From: Fidelibacterota bacterium
GTDB taxonomy: Bacteria; Fidelibacterota; UBA8477
NCBI GenBank assembly: GCA_021734065.1
Contig: JAIPJQ010000004.1
Location: 1-55,335, forward strand
DNA: 55,335 nucleotides
Direction: 5' to 3'
Positions 29,734 to 39,398 of the stretch are shown one piece after another; the stretch's first letter is position 1; the number at the start of each line of letters is the position of its first letter. Below the pieces are notes generated by a model that was given only the letters and a program-made list of their open reading frames with translations, ran no database searches and was not told the DNA's origin. The translations under genes were made by a program, and so were the position numbers.

Positions 29734-30996
29734 GTGCTTAAAACTGCGTTACACTGGAATTTTAAAGATGTCTTTCGCGCACCCCGCCTGGGGTTAGGGA
29801 AACGCATGCTGGTTATGCTGGAAGCCAACCTAATCGGCTATCTGCTCTATCTGATTCTGATCTATTTGGGACAGATGATGGATGGTCAGGGATTCAGCTA
29901 TGTCTGGAGTAATTACGCATTACTGCCATTTATGCCCTTCTGGAACATGGGACCATCAACCATGATTCTGGGCTGGTTGGCCAGTCTGATTTGGTTCATA
30001 GCCATTTACACCGGGTCTGGCGCCATTGCTAAAATTACCATCAAAGAATTCAAAGGCGATTTGTTCTATTCGTCCAATGACGGGTGGAAATATGCCCTGA
30101 AGAAGGCATTCCCCATTTTCATGGGACCTGTCTCGATTCTGTTGGTTATCGCCTTTTTCGTTGTTCTGGCTGGTGTGTTTGGCTGGCTGGCACAATGGCC
30201 GGTTCTGGACATTCTGATTTATGGCCTTCTGTTTGTATTATTTTTACCCACTGCAGTATTTTTGGTGTACTCACTCCTGTCATTTGCCGTGGGCCTTTTG
30301 TTCTCCCCCAGTATTGTCAGTTGCGCGGAAGAAGACACCATGGGTTCCATGTTTGGTTCCTTCACGCTGTTGTGGAATCAACCCTGGCGGCTAACTTTAT
30401 ACACTTTACTCTTGGCAGTTTTAACATTTATCGGGTATCACATCCTGTTAATTTTTCTGGTGCTTGGATTTCAGTTTCTGGAGTTTGTCTTTGGCCAGTC
30501 CTGGCTCATGGGTGAGTCCTTTTACGCTGTGAAAGCGACCGTTCTGGGACTTTTCCCTAATCTGGGATTCAACCAGATTGCCTTTTACCCGGACTGTGTT
30601 TATGGCGAATGGATGGTTTCCCTGCAACAAATGTTTGCTGGTAACATGCAGGCAACTACTGGTGGGGCCACGACGACCATTACGGGTGTGATTGTTGGTA
30701 TCATTAGTTTCATGGCCATGTTGCTGGTCCCCTCTTATGGATTGTCCATTTTCGCTTCCGGTATGGCCACCATTTTCATCATACTCACAAAATTCAAAGA
30801 CGATGACGATCTGATTGAGCGTAAAGATGAAGAAGAGCGCAAGGAAGAGGAAGAGAAGGAAGAAGAGAACGAATCTGAGGATGAGGAACCATCGCTTCCG
30901 GACGATTTAGATGAGAACGAAAGCGATGCGGATTCAGATGATAAAACGATAGAAGGTTCCTCTGAAGCTGACGAGGAAAAGAAAATCGATGATTAG
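29734..30996 (+). CDS. Hypothetical polytopic membrane protein with highly acidic C-terminal tail
   Basis: Many hydrophobic segments; last ~65 aa dominated by D/E; AGGAGG RBS before the GTG start. Confidence 0.75.
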   Translation: MLKTALHWNFKDVFRAPRLGLGKRMLVMLEANLIGYLLYLILIYLGQMMDGQGFSYVWSNYALLPFMPFWNMGPSTMILGWLASLIWFIAIYTGSGAIAKITIKEFKGDLFYSSNDGWKYALKKAFPIFMGPVSILLVIAFFVVLAGVFGWLAQWPVLDILIYGLLFVLFLPTAVFLVYSLLSFAVGLLFSPSIVSCAEEDTMGSMFGSFTLLWNQPWRLTLYTLLLAVLTFIGYHILLIFLVLGFQFLEFVFGQSWLMGESFYAVKATVLGLFPNLGFNQIAFYPDCVYGEWMVSLQQMFAGNMQATTGGATTTITGVIVGIISFMAMLLVPSYGLSIFASGMATIFIILTKFKDDDDLIERKDEEERKEEEEKEEENESEDEEPSLPDDLDENESDADSDDKTIEGSSEADEEKKIDD

Positions 30997-31022
30997 TTGA
31001 TTAACTCAAAATGCGTTAGAAA

Positions 31023-31052
31023 AGAAGCGGCTCCCGATTAGGAGCCGCTTCT
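31023..31052. terminator. Bidirectional intrinsic terminator between convergent genes
   Basis: Perfect 12-bp stem AGAAGCGGCTCC/GGAGCCGCTTCT, flanked by A-rich sequence on the left and T-rich on the right. Confidence 0.8.
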
Positions 31053-31084
31053 GGTTTATTCGTTTTTTTGTTTTAACTTGGAAT

Positions 31085-31759
31085 TTAACAATACTCGGAA
31101 TCAGAAAAAGCGCGGGGCTTACCCAGGATTTCTGCCATGAGAATTCCCTGGACCAGAATCGAACGGTTCTTGAAAATCGACTGTAGTCGCTCTTCTGCTG
31201 AAGCCTCCCGCTGATCCAGAAGATATGAATCCAGCGAAACGTCATAGGCTTTTGACCGCTGTGAAATCTGCTCCTTACTGAAGACACTCTGACCCTCCTT
31301 GATGGTTACATCGGAGGGTACTTGTGCATCCATCGGCTGAGCGGCTGGCTTTTCTTCTTTCTCAAACTCCGCGTCCATCTCAATCGCATCTTCATCAATC
31401 GTATTCTCCGCCTGCGTTAAATCCTCACCTTCATCAAAGGCACCCAGGATCTGCTGCAAAAGCGAATCCCGGGTAGATTTCTGAGCGCGCTTGGAGATAT
31501 TCGAGAAGGTGCTCTGAAAATCCGTATATCCCTGCTGCTTCCCTTCCGACTCGGAATCAAACTCCCGTTCGGGTTCCCGGGAGCGCACATACTCAGAGCG
31601 TTTTTCTGAGATTGGTTCGGTGGAAGCCGAAGGATGTACGGTCTGGCGTTCGGGCCGGGTTGGTCGAGACGATTGCTTTTCCTTATTGCGTTTCCGGAGT
31701 AAACCGGTGAGCACGAAATAAATGACCAACCCGATTATGGGAAATAGATTTTCCATCAT
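31085..31759 (-). CDS. YqfB-like accessory protein of the nfeD-floA operon
   Basis: N-terminal TM, disordered middle, C-terminal QGILMAEILGKPRA motif; follows floA. Confidence 0.6.
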   Translation of the reverse strand: MMENLFPIIGLVIYFVLTGLLRKRNKEKQSSRPTRPERQTVHPSASTEPISEKRSEYVRSREPEREFDSESEGKQQGYTDFQSTFSNISKRAQKSTRDSLLQQILGAFDEGEDLTQAENTIDEDAIEMDAEFEKEEKPAAQPMDAQVPSDVTIKEGQSVFSKEQISQRSKAYDVSLDSYLLDQREASAEERLQSIFKNRSILVQGILMAEILGKPRAFSDSEYC

Positions 31760-31769
31760 TCAACCCGAT

Positions 31770-32759
31770 TTATTTGTCACTGGATGGTGTTCCGCCACCG
31801 GATGATTCACCACCGGAAATGCTGTCACGCATATCGGTGTCGGCCTGAATATTCTGCATCCGGTAATAATCCATTACACCCAGATTTCCCTTCTTAAAGG
31901 CTTCCGCCATAGCCAGGGGTACCTGTGCCTCAGCTTCTACCACACGTGCCCGCATTTCCTGTGTTCTGGCCTTCATTTCCTGTTCTGAGGCTACAGCCAT
32001 GGCCCGTCGTTCCTCTGCCTTGGCCTGGGCGATATTTTTGTCCGCATTGGCCTGGTCCATCTGGAGCTGTGCGCCGATGTTCTTACCCACATCCACGTCA
32101 GCAATATCGATAGAGAGAATTTCGAAAGCGGTACCGGCGTCCAATCCTTTAGCAAGTACCTTTTTCGAGATGATATCCGGATTTTCCAGCACTGCTTTAT
32201 GACTGTCGGCTGAACCGATACTACTCACAATACCCTCACCCACACGCGCCAGGACCGTCTCTTCACCGGCACCACCAACCAGGCGTTCGATATTTGCGCG
32301 AACGGTTACACGCGCAATGCTATAGAGCTGAATACCATCTTTGGCAATTGCGGATACCTTGGGTGTCTCAATAACCTTTGGATTCACGGACATTTTTACC
32401 GCTTCCAGTACATCCCTTCCGGCCAGGTCAATTGCGGCAGCCCGCTGGAAGGGTAACGGGATATTCGCTTTATCAGCAGCAATCAACGCCTGCACAACCC
32501 GGGAGACATTTCCACCCGCCAGAAAGTGCGCTTCCAGCTGGTCGGTATTGATATCCAGACCGGCTTTGCGGGCACTGATGAGTGAATTCATGATCAGCGG
32601 GGGCGGAATCCGCCGCAGACGCATACCAATCAGGGAAAACAGACTGATATAAACCCGCGCGGCCGCAGCGCTTACCCACAAACCAATGGGGATAAAATAG
32701 GAAAACAGGAACAGTAAAAGGATGATACCAATAATGATAAAAATCAGTGTGAGGGACAT
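31770..32759 (-). CDS. floA: Flotillin-like protein FloA (YqfA family)
   Basis: [65 protein letters not shown]. Confidence 0.95.
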   Translation of the reverse strand: MSLTLIFIIIGIILLLFLFSYFIPIGLWVSAAAARVYISLFSLIGMRLRRIPPPLIMNSLISARKAGLDINTDQLEAHFLAGGNVSRVVQALIAADKANIPLPFQRAAAIDLAGRDVLEAVKMSVNPKVIETPKVSAIAKDGIQLYSIARVTVRANIERLVGGAGEETVLARVGEGIVSSIGSADSHKAVLENPDIISKKVLAKGLDAGTAFEILSIDIADVDVGKNIGAQLQMDQANADKNIAQAKAEERRAMAVASEQEMKARTQEMRARVVEAEAQVPLAMAEAFKKGNLGVMDYYRMQNIQADTDMRDSISGGESSGGGTPSSDK

Positions 32760-32808
32760 AGAACCTCCAGTTTGTTCAATGAATTATGTGTACCAAACAA
32801 CATTTTTT

Positions 32809-34170
32809 TTACGTCATTTGATTCGGTTTATCAGATTTCAATTCACGCACCATAATGCGATTGCCATCCACCCGAATAACTTCGATGGGCGTATCCTTCT
32901 CAATGTAATTCCCAAGCGTAACCACATCCAGTCTTTGGTCACCGATGACGGCGGTGCCTGCCGGGCGCAGCGTCGTAATGGCCGTGCCGGTAGCCCCTGC
33001 CAGACTCTCCAAGCCTAAACTGCTGGAATAACCGCCCGTACTCAATTCGGAAGTCTGTAAAGATAATTTCTGCCAGAATTGCGTCTTTCCGATATTGCGT
33101 ACCAGGAGAACCGTGCCGGCGATTGCGCCTGTCATTGCTATTAATATCCCGATTAACGCCCGATTGATCTCACCCTGGGTGGGTATTTCAGGAATCATGG
33201 AACGGAACAGGCCGAACATGAGCACAATAATGCCGGCAATTCCGGTAATGCCGAAGCCGGGGACAACAAACACCTCCAATCCCAGCAGGATCAAGCCAAC
33301 CACAATGATAATCAAATCGGTCATGCTGGCCAGATCCGCGATGATGGATGTGGAAAAGAATAGCGCCAACGCCACAACAGCAATGGTACCACCAATCCCC
33401 CAACCGGGGCTCTGTAATTCAAAAATCAGCCCCAGGAAGCCGATGGTCATCAATAGCGAACTCACCACCGGATCAGTAAGAAAACGGACAATTTTTTCTG
33501 ACCAGGTAGGTTTGACGATTTCCACCATGCTGGCTTTGAAACCGAAATGGTTGAGGATCTCCTCCCGGGTTTCCATTTGATAGTCCGCCATCCCATATTT
33601 CAGGGCAGTTTTTGTCCGCAATGTCAAGAGTTTCCCTGCACGCGCCCCTTCCACATCCGTAAGGAACAGGGTATCACCCGCGTCGGTTACCAGCGTATCT
33701 ACATCCAGCGATTCATCCACCATTGCCATGGCAATCTGACCATTGCGACCTTTCGCCTCAGCCGTGGCGGCCATCTCTTCACGCATGTACGACTGGGCTT
33801 TTTCGTTAGCCTTATTGGCCTGCTGGTCCACAACGGTGGTGGCTCCGAAGGTGGCTCCGGAGTGCATGATTATCGTATCGCAAGCCAGAGAGATCAACGA
33901 GCCGGCTGAGATGGCTTTGGTATTGATGTAGGCAATGGTCATTACATCAGAGCGCAGCAGCGCGTTCTTCATCATGGTCGCCGCGTCTACCCGACCGCCA
34001 AAGGTGTCAATATCCAGCAGAATGGCATCCCCGCCCTGGGTGTTCATTTCCGGAATGGCGCGCTCAAAAAAATGTGCCAGCCCCATGTCAATCGTACCAT
34101 GGACTTCAAGAACATAGACTTGTGCCCATATCAGAGCTGGGAGGAATAATAATAGAAACAACCGCTTCAT
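32809..34170 (-). CDS. Long-form NfeD (YqeZ-like) with ClpP-like protease domain
   Basis: IDTFGGRVDAA, AISAGSLISLACD, GLIFELQSPG, LEVFVVPGFG, TTLRPAG C-terminal OB fold; upstream of floA. Confidence 0.9.
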   Translation of the reverse strand: MKRLFLLLFLPALIWAQVYVLEVHGTIDMGLAHFFERAIPEMNTQGGDAILLDIDTFGGRVDAATMMKNALLRSDVMTIAYINTKAISAGSLISLACDTIIMHSGATFGATTVVDQQANKANEKAQSYMREEMAATAEAKGRNGQIAMAMVDESLDVDTLVTDAGDTLFLTDVEGARAGKLLTLRTKTALKYGMADYQMETREEILNHFGFKASMVEIVKPTWSEKIVRFLTDPVVSSLLMTIGFLGLIFELQSPGWGIGGTIAVVALALFFSTSIIADLASMTDLIIIVVGLILLGLEVFVVPGFGITGIAGIIVLMFGLFRSMIPEIPTQGEINRALIGILIAMTGAIAGTVLLVRNIGKTQFWQKLSLQTSELSTGGYSSSLGLESLAGATGTAITTLRPAGTAVIGDQRLDVVTLGNYIEKDTPIEVIRVDGNRIMVRELKSDKPNQMT

Positions 34171-34253
34171 GTTTTTATCTCGTTTTTTGTGTTGGGAAAA
34201 TTACATGGAACAGGATTTTTTTGCAAGCTGAAAGCCCTTGTAAAAATTGCAAT

Positions 34254-34937
34254 TTAATTGTGCTGCAAGGTCATTACGGCATCCCCGTAACGTGTGTCTA
34301 TGGACAGTTGTACCGGAATATGCGGCTCTTTAACCGAAAGCCAGATCGTGATGAACAGATCGTTCTCCTCAGCCTTTTCTGAGCGCTCCAGCGGTCGCAA
34401 CTCATAGGCCGGAATTTTATTCCCATCCACATGGATATGCTCCATCGCCTGAATATGCAGAGAAAGCCGACCCGTGGATCTTCCATCGAATAACGTATAA
34501 AAAAGTGTATCGCCAACCTCAAGTGGGACACCACGCATGTGGTAGAGCAGGCTGGGAATGTCCTTGAGTCGGGCATGTTTCATCACCTGCTGGTCGTCAT
34601 TAATCGAAATAAGACTATCCTGCCAATCAAATGTCACCTGATAATCGCGTTTGTACTTCCCTTCCCGTATCCGCTTTTTATGGGTCAGAAGTTCTCCTGT
34701 GGTCAAATTATAAGTCGACTCAATGGCATCGTCCATTTTCCAGAGACGCGATAGCCACCTAGATGATTGAATAGTGAATCGACTCTGCAATCGCTGTTCA
34801 ATCTGATCAAATTCCAACCGGGCGTGCCCGGCTTTAATAAAACCATATTTCACTGTGTAGTTATAATGCTCCTGCGCCATCAGAATCCGGGGATTCCATA
34901 CCAACAATAACAGAAAAATTGGAATAAATGCCTTCAT
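34254..34937 (-). CDS. DUF3108-family exported protein
   Basis: Signal peptide; YTVKYGFIKAG, IREGKYKR, ITIWLS...HIPVQL. Confidence 0.65.
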   Translation of the reverse strand: MKAFIPIFLLLLVWNPRILMAQEHYNYTVKYGFIKAGHARLEFDQIEQRLQSRFTIQSSRWLSRLWKMDDAIESTYNLTTGELLTHKKRIREGKYKRDYQVTFDWQDSLISINDDQQVMKHARLKDIPSLLYHMRGVPLEVGDTLFYTLFDGRSTGRLSLHIQAMEHIHVDGNKIPAYELRPLERSEKAEENDLFITIWLSVKEPHIPVQLSIDTRYGDAVMTLQHN

Positions 34938-35005
34938 CCGCGCTGCCTAGTGACATGCTCCTATAAAATCCGTGCGATACTGCGTACAAAGACTAAATTT
35001 TTCCC

Positions 35006-35425
35006 GTGGCGCACAAATTCGGTAAACGGGTCGTATTATTCTCAATCGTGGGGGTTTCCGGTATCGTAGTGAATATGGGCATCCTGTGGATATTGACGCA
35101 TTTTGTGAATATTCACTACGCATTAGCTTCTCCCCTGGCAATCGAACTATCCATCATCAACAATTTCATCTGGAACGACCGGTTTACCTGGCGCGGAAGA
35201 CGACGCGCAAGAAAATTGAATATCTGGAATGGTCTTTTACGGTTCAATATCGTGAGTTGGATTGCAGGTAGCATGAACTGGCTTTTACTCATTCTATTTA
35301 CAGAAGTTGCCGGAATTTATTATCTCTGGGCAAATTTACTGGCCATCGCAATCGCCGCAGCCATGAATTTTTTCCTCAATGAGAAATGGACATTCAAAGC
35401 GATGCCCGATTGGGAGGAGCATTAG
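35006..35425 (+). CDS. GtrA family small membrane protein (lipid-linked sugar translocase)
   Basis: FSIVGVSGIVVN...NNFIWNDRFTW...LRFNIV...NFFLNEKWTF; four TMs. Confidence 0.85.
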   Translation: MAHKFGKRVVLFSIVGVSGIVVNMGILWILTHFVNIHYALASPLAIELSIINNFIWNDRFTWRGRRRARKLNIWNGLLRFNIVSWIAGSMNWLLLILFTEVAGIYYLWANLLAIAIAAAMNFFLNEKWTFKAMPDWEEH

Positions 35426-36900
35426 GAACCTGCTAATCCATGGTAATTTTCGCAGCGAAAGATCTGAATCCGGCGTGTGTGCTGCCCGAAGTTTTCAAAT
35501 GTCAACTCATCAATCTTCTCCACCGTATCAAAATAGGGCGCGATTTTCCCCGGTTTAAAACGGTATTCGCGACGGTCATCCACCACCAAAATTCCGGTTT
35601 TTCCCCGTAATTCATCCGGATTTTGCCAGTAATCGAACTGGAGCGCGCCCTCTCCAAATACATTCTGAGCAAATGTTTCCGGCTGCCCCGGCAGGTAAAA
35701 TCGCAGCAGAGAACTCACCTTGTAATTAGTGCTGTAGACGAATACCTCTGAACCGTTACTCGCCTCGTCCCGAACAATCTCATCTACCCGAGCTGCTGTA
35801 TCTTTCCAACCACTCCAGGTATTGCCCTCCCCCAATGGCATGTTAGGGATCAGGATCACCACCAGTCCAATTCCGTAAAATACCAGCGCGGAAGCGAGTC
35901 CTGTTTTCAGCACTTTCCGGGAGCGGTTTTCTTCTAAATAATATTTGATAAACAGGATTAACCATGACCAGTACGCCGGCACCAGCCAATTCATTTTTAC
36001 CAGTGTTTTAAAACTCACCAGTACAAAAAACGGCAGCAAAATCCCACCACTGGCGAACAGCAGTAATTCCCCTGGACTCAGGTTTTTTTTCAATACTTTT
36101 GGAAGAACCCGAACAATCCCCCACACCAGAAATCCGAAGAAAAAGGGCGTGAGCATGAACAGCTGGGAGCCAATTAACTCGCCAAAAAATCGTAATCCCC
36201 ACCCATCCATGCCACTCACGCGACGACTGCCCTGAAAGGCCAGCGAAGCCCATTCATGGGTGGCATTCCAGTACAAAACCGGTGTAAAAACCAGCACAGC
36301 CAGCAGACTGGCCAGATAAGGATGCGGTGTGGCCAACCAGCGGCGATTGTCTTTGGAGAGGAGCAGAAACAGGAAGACACTGGGGATCAGGAAAATCCCG
36401 GAATATTTGGACATCCAAGCCAGACCCATGGCGATGCCCGCCAGATACCAGTACTTTGCCTGCTCCGTCTTCACCACACGCCAAATCAGGAAGATGGTGA
36501 GCGACCAGAACATGAGTAATGGTGAATCGGGTGAAATGACGAAACCGTACAGCTCGTAGATTATGGTCGAATTCAATGCCAGGAGTGCCAGAAAGGTGAG
36601 ACGCTCGTTTTCGAAAATCTCCTGAATCAGTTTGGCCCAGATGACATAGGTTCCCAAAAAATACAGGACCGCGGCAACTTTTATCCCGAAAATGGTTTGC
36701 CCGAAAAGGTGCGTGGTAACCCAAATCAGCCAGGTGGCCATGGGAGGATGGTCAAAATAAGACCAGTCCAATGCTTGTGACCAGCTCCAGTAGTAAGCTT
36801 CCTGTGGTGTTAAGGGTGTGATAAAAGCCAGGATCAGGCGTAGCAGTGTGAATCCCAGCAGAACGTTCCAGACTCGCTTACTCAATCCCAAATTCGTCAT
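35422..36900 (-). CDS. GT-C glycosyltransferase family 39 (ArnT/PMT-like)
   Basis: QEAYYWSWS..LDWSYFDHPP, PDSPL, GLAWMSKY, PVLYWNATHEWASL; polytopic. Confidence 0.85.
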   Translation of the reverse strand: MTNLGLSKRVWNVLLGFTLLRLILAFITPLTPQEAYYWSWSQALDWSYFDHPPMATWLIWVTTHLFGQTIFGIKVAAVLYFLGTYVIWAKLIQEIFENERLTFLALLALNSTIIYELYGFVISPDSPLLMFWSLTIFLIWRVVKTEQAKYWYLAGIAMGLAWMSKYSGIFLIPSVFLFLLLSKDNRRWLATPHPYLASLLAVLVFTPVLYWNATHEWASLAFQGSRRVSGMDGWGLRFFGELIGSQLFMLTPFFFGFLVWGIVRVLPKVLKKNLSPGELLLFASGGILLPFFVLVSFKTLVKMNWLVPAYWSWLILFIKYYLEENRSRKVLKTGLASALVFYGIGLVVILIPNMPLGEGNTWSGWKDTAARVDEIVRDEASNGSEVFVYSTNYKVSSLLRFYLPGQPETFAQNVFGEGALQFDYWQNPDELRGKTGILVVDDRREYRFKPGKIAPYFDTVEKIDELTFENFGQHTRRIQIFRCENYHGLAGS

Positions 36901-36908
36901 TTTTTTAG

Positions 36909-38723
36909 CTAAGACTCGAATTGCATTTGATGGAGCTTTTTGTACAAACTACCCCTCTCCAACAGCTCTTTGTGATTTCCGAATTCAACAATTCTGCCCT
37001 TGTCCATCACTGCGATTCGATTGGCATTCAATATCGTGGTCAGCCGGTGAGCAATGACGATGGCCGTGCGATTCTTCATCAGGCGATCAATCGCCCGTTG
37101 CACCAGACGCTCCGATTCTGTATCCAGGGCAGATGTGGCTTCGTCCAGGATCAGCATGGATGGATTTTTCAGCAATGCCCTGGCTATGGCGATGCGTTGG
37201 CGTTGACCACCCGAAAGGCGCGTTCCCCGCTCCCCGATAATGGTGTCGTACCCCATGTCCATCTCTTGGATGAATAGATGCGCGTGGGCCAGTTTGGCGG
37301 CCTCAATCACCTCTTCCCGGGATTTTTCCATAGCATAGGCAATATTGTTGTGAATGGTATCGTTAAACAGAATGGTTTCCTGGCTTACAATGCCCAACTG
37401 GCTGCGTAACGAGAAGCGTGTGACTTCCCGGATATCCAGATTATCAATCAAAATGCGGCCAGATGTGACATCATAGAAACGGGGGAGTAAATCGGCCAAG
37501 GTGGATTTCCCGGCACCACTGGCCCCCACCAAGGCCACCACTTCACCCTTTTTGATGGTGAGATTAATTTCCTTCACTGCCGGAATATTGCTGCCCGGAT
37601 ATTGAAAAGAGACCTTTTCATACACAATTTCTTTCTCAATGGGTGGCATCTCTCTGGCATTGGGAAGGTCCCGAATGGAAGATTTCATATCCAGAATGCT
37701 GAAAATCCGCTCTCCGGCAGCGATACCGGTTTGAATCGGGACATTCACATTTGCCAGATTCCGAATCGGTTGGAACATGGCAAACAGGAGCACAATGAAA
37801 CGCATGAAATCTTCACTGGTGATGACCTCATATTTCAACACCTGGACACCGCCGTACCACAACAGCAGGACAGCCATGGTCACACCCAGCATTTCTGTGA
37901 TGGGCAGATTGGCACCCTGGAGCCGGATTTGGCGAAACATCAATTTGAGTAGTTTAAAGGTCTCTTTGTGAAAACGCTGTGACTCTACCGATTCAGCATT
38001 AAAGGCTTTCACGATACGGATTCCGGAAAATGTCTCCGTCATGCGCGAGGTGACTTCACCCAGTTGCACCTGTGTCCGACTCGCCCGGCGACGCAAACTC
38101 TGGCTGATTTTGTAAATGAAAAATCCGGTTACCGGCGCAACCAGCAGTGAGATCAGGGTCAATTTCCATTGAATGACAAAAAGCAGCCCCAGCATTACCA
38201 CGATATTCAGCGGCTCGATGATCAACGGACGAAACGTGGTTGTGAGCGCGTTATTCACCATCATCACATCGTTCATGGCCAATGAAATCATATCACCGGT
38301 TCTGCGGGTATTGTAGAATGCCAGTGGCTGGTGGAGAAAATGGTCAAAAATCATATTACGCAGGTTCCGGATGACCCGCACCTGTACCCAACCATTCAAC
38401 AACCAGGTGATGTAATACGTGATACTTTTGATGAAATAACTCACTAGAATGACCACCACCACCGCTCTCAATGCCGAAATTTTATCACCACCGGTAAAAT
38501 ATTTGTAGGTCAGCCATTTCAGGTATTCATTGATATTGGACCAGTCACCGCTCAGCACCACCTGCTCCATCGCCTGGGGCGTGGAACTGAATAGTGTGGA
38601 GACAAAGGATGCAGCAAACCACAGTGCCACGCTGTTGGCAATCACATTCAGAATGGAGGAAAGCATACCACCGCCGATATGCGGCCAGAATGGTTTGACT
38701 AATTTTAATAAACGGGTATACAT
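36909..38723 (-). CDS. msbA: MsbA-like lipid A/lipid ABC exporter (TMD-NBD fusion)
   Basis: Six-TM N-terminal domain; GASGAGKST, LSGGQRQRIAIARA, ILDEATSALD, IAHRL; lipid A gene context. Confidence 0.8.
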   Translation of the reverse strand: MYTRLLKLVKPFWPHIGGGMLSSILNVIANSVALWFAASFVSTLFSSTPQAMEQVVLSGDWSNINEYLKWLTYKYFTGGDKISALRAVVVVILVSYFIKSITYYITWLLNGWVQVRVIRNLRNMIFDHFLHQPLAFYNTRRTGDMISLAMNDVMMVNNALTTTFRPLIIEPLNIVVMLGLLFVIQWKLTLISLLVAPVTGFFIYKISQSLRRRASRTQVQLGEVTSRMTETFSGIRIVKAFNAESVESQRFHKETFKLLKLMFRQIRLQGANLPITEMLGVTMAVLLLWYGGVQVLKYEVITSEDFMRFIVLLFAMFQPIRNLANVNVPIQTGIAAGERIFSILDMKSSIRDLPNAREMPPIEKEIVYEKVSFQYPGSNIPAVKEINLTIKKGEVVALVGASGAGKSTLADLLPRFYDVTSGRILIDNLDIREVTRFSLRSQLGIVSQETILFNDTIHNNIAYAMEKSREEVIEAAKLAHAHLFIQEMDMGYDTIIGERGTRLSGGQRQRIAIARALLKNPSMLILDEATSALDTESERLVQRAIDRLMKNRTAIVIAHRLTTILNANRIAVMDKGRIVEFGNHKELLERGSLYKKLHQMQFES

Positions 38724-38728
38724 AATAA

Positions 38729-39358
38729 TCAGGTCAAATAATCCGCCAGTTTTTCAACAGGGATAACGCCTTCCCGAAGAATCTCAAAAGGAGATTGAGA
38801 AATATCAATGACGGTACTGCCCTGGGAGCGGGAAAGCGTTCCGTAATCAAACAACAGGTCAACCTGGTCGCTGAAATAGGCTATGATGGTTTCGATATTT
38901 AAGGCACTGGGATACCCTGAAAGGTTCGCGGATGTACTGGTGATGGGACGGCCGAATGCTTCCACCAGGCGAAGATTCAGGGGATGATCCGGAACCCGCA
39001 GTCCGGTGAGGCCTCGTTCTGATTCAATACCATCAGCCAAACCCAGATTACAATGTGCCACGATCGTCAATTGGCCCGGGAGAAATTCGCGAATGAGTTT
39101 TTCTGCAGCGGGTGTGCGATTTTCAATCGCCTTGAGCAAATCATCCACCGAGGCCAGCATTACAGACATGGGGACTTTGGAGCGATTTTTCAGTTCATAA
39201 AGTCGTTGAACCGCTGCCGTGTTGGTACTATCAACCCCCAGCCCGTATAGCGTATCGGTGGGATATCCAATGATACCACCTTCAGCAAGAATTTGACAGG
39301 CGGCGTCAATGGCTTCACCACTGGCTTGCCCGTCCGGATTTATCTCAATGATCTGCAT
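38729..39358 (-). CDS. tsaC: L-threonylcarbamoyladenylate synthase (TsaC/Sua5 domain)
   Basis: YPTDTLYGLG, LYELKNR, FLPGQLT, GLRVPDHP, PITSTSANLSG, STVIDI; start moved to ATG 39358. Confidence 0.92.
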   Translation of the reverse strand: MQIIEINPDGQASGEAIDAACQILAEGGIIGYPTDTLYGLGVDSTNTAAVQRLYELKNRSKVPMSVMLASVDDLLKAIENRTPAAEKLIREFLPGQLTIVAHCNLGLADGIESERGLTGLRVPDHPLNLRLVEAFGRPITSTSANLSGYPSALNIETIIAYFSDQVDLLFDYGTLSRSQGSTVIDISQSPFEILREGVIPVEKLADYLT

Positions 39359-39398
39359 TTGGGAATGATACGCTCCGAAGTGGATTTGTTCAAGCGAC

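Noticed and set aside
34218-34246. Palindrome TTTTTGCAAG...CTTGTAAAAA
   Set aside because: T-tract precedes and A-tract follows, so it is the wrong polarity for a terminator on either strand; no other support
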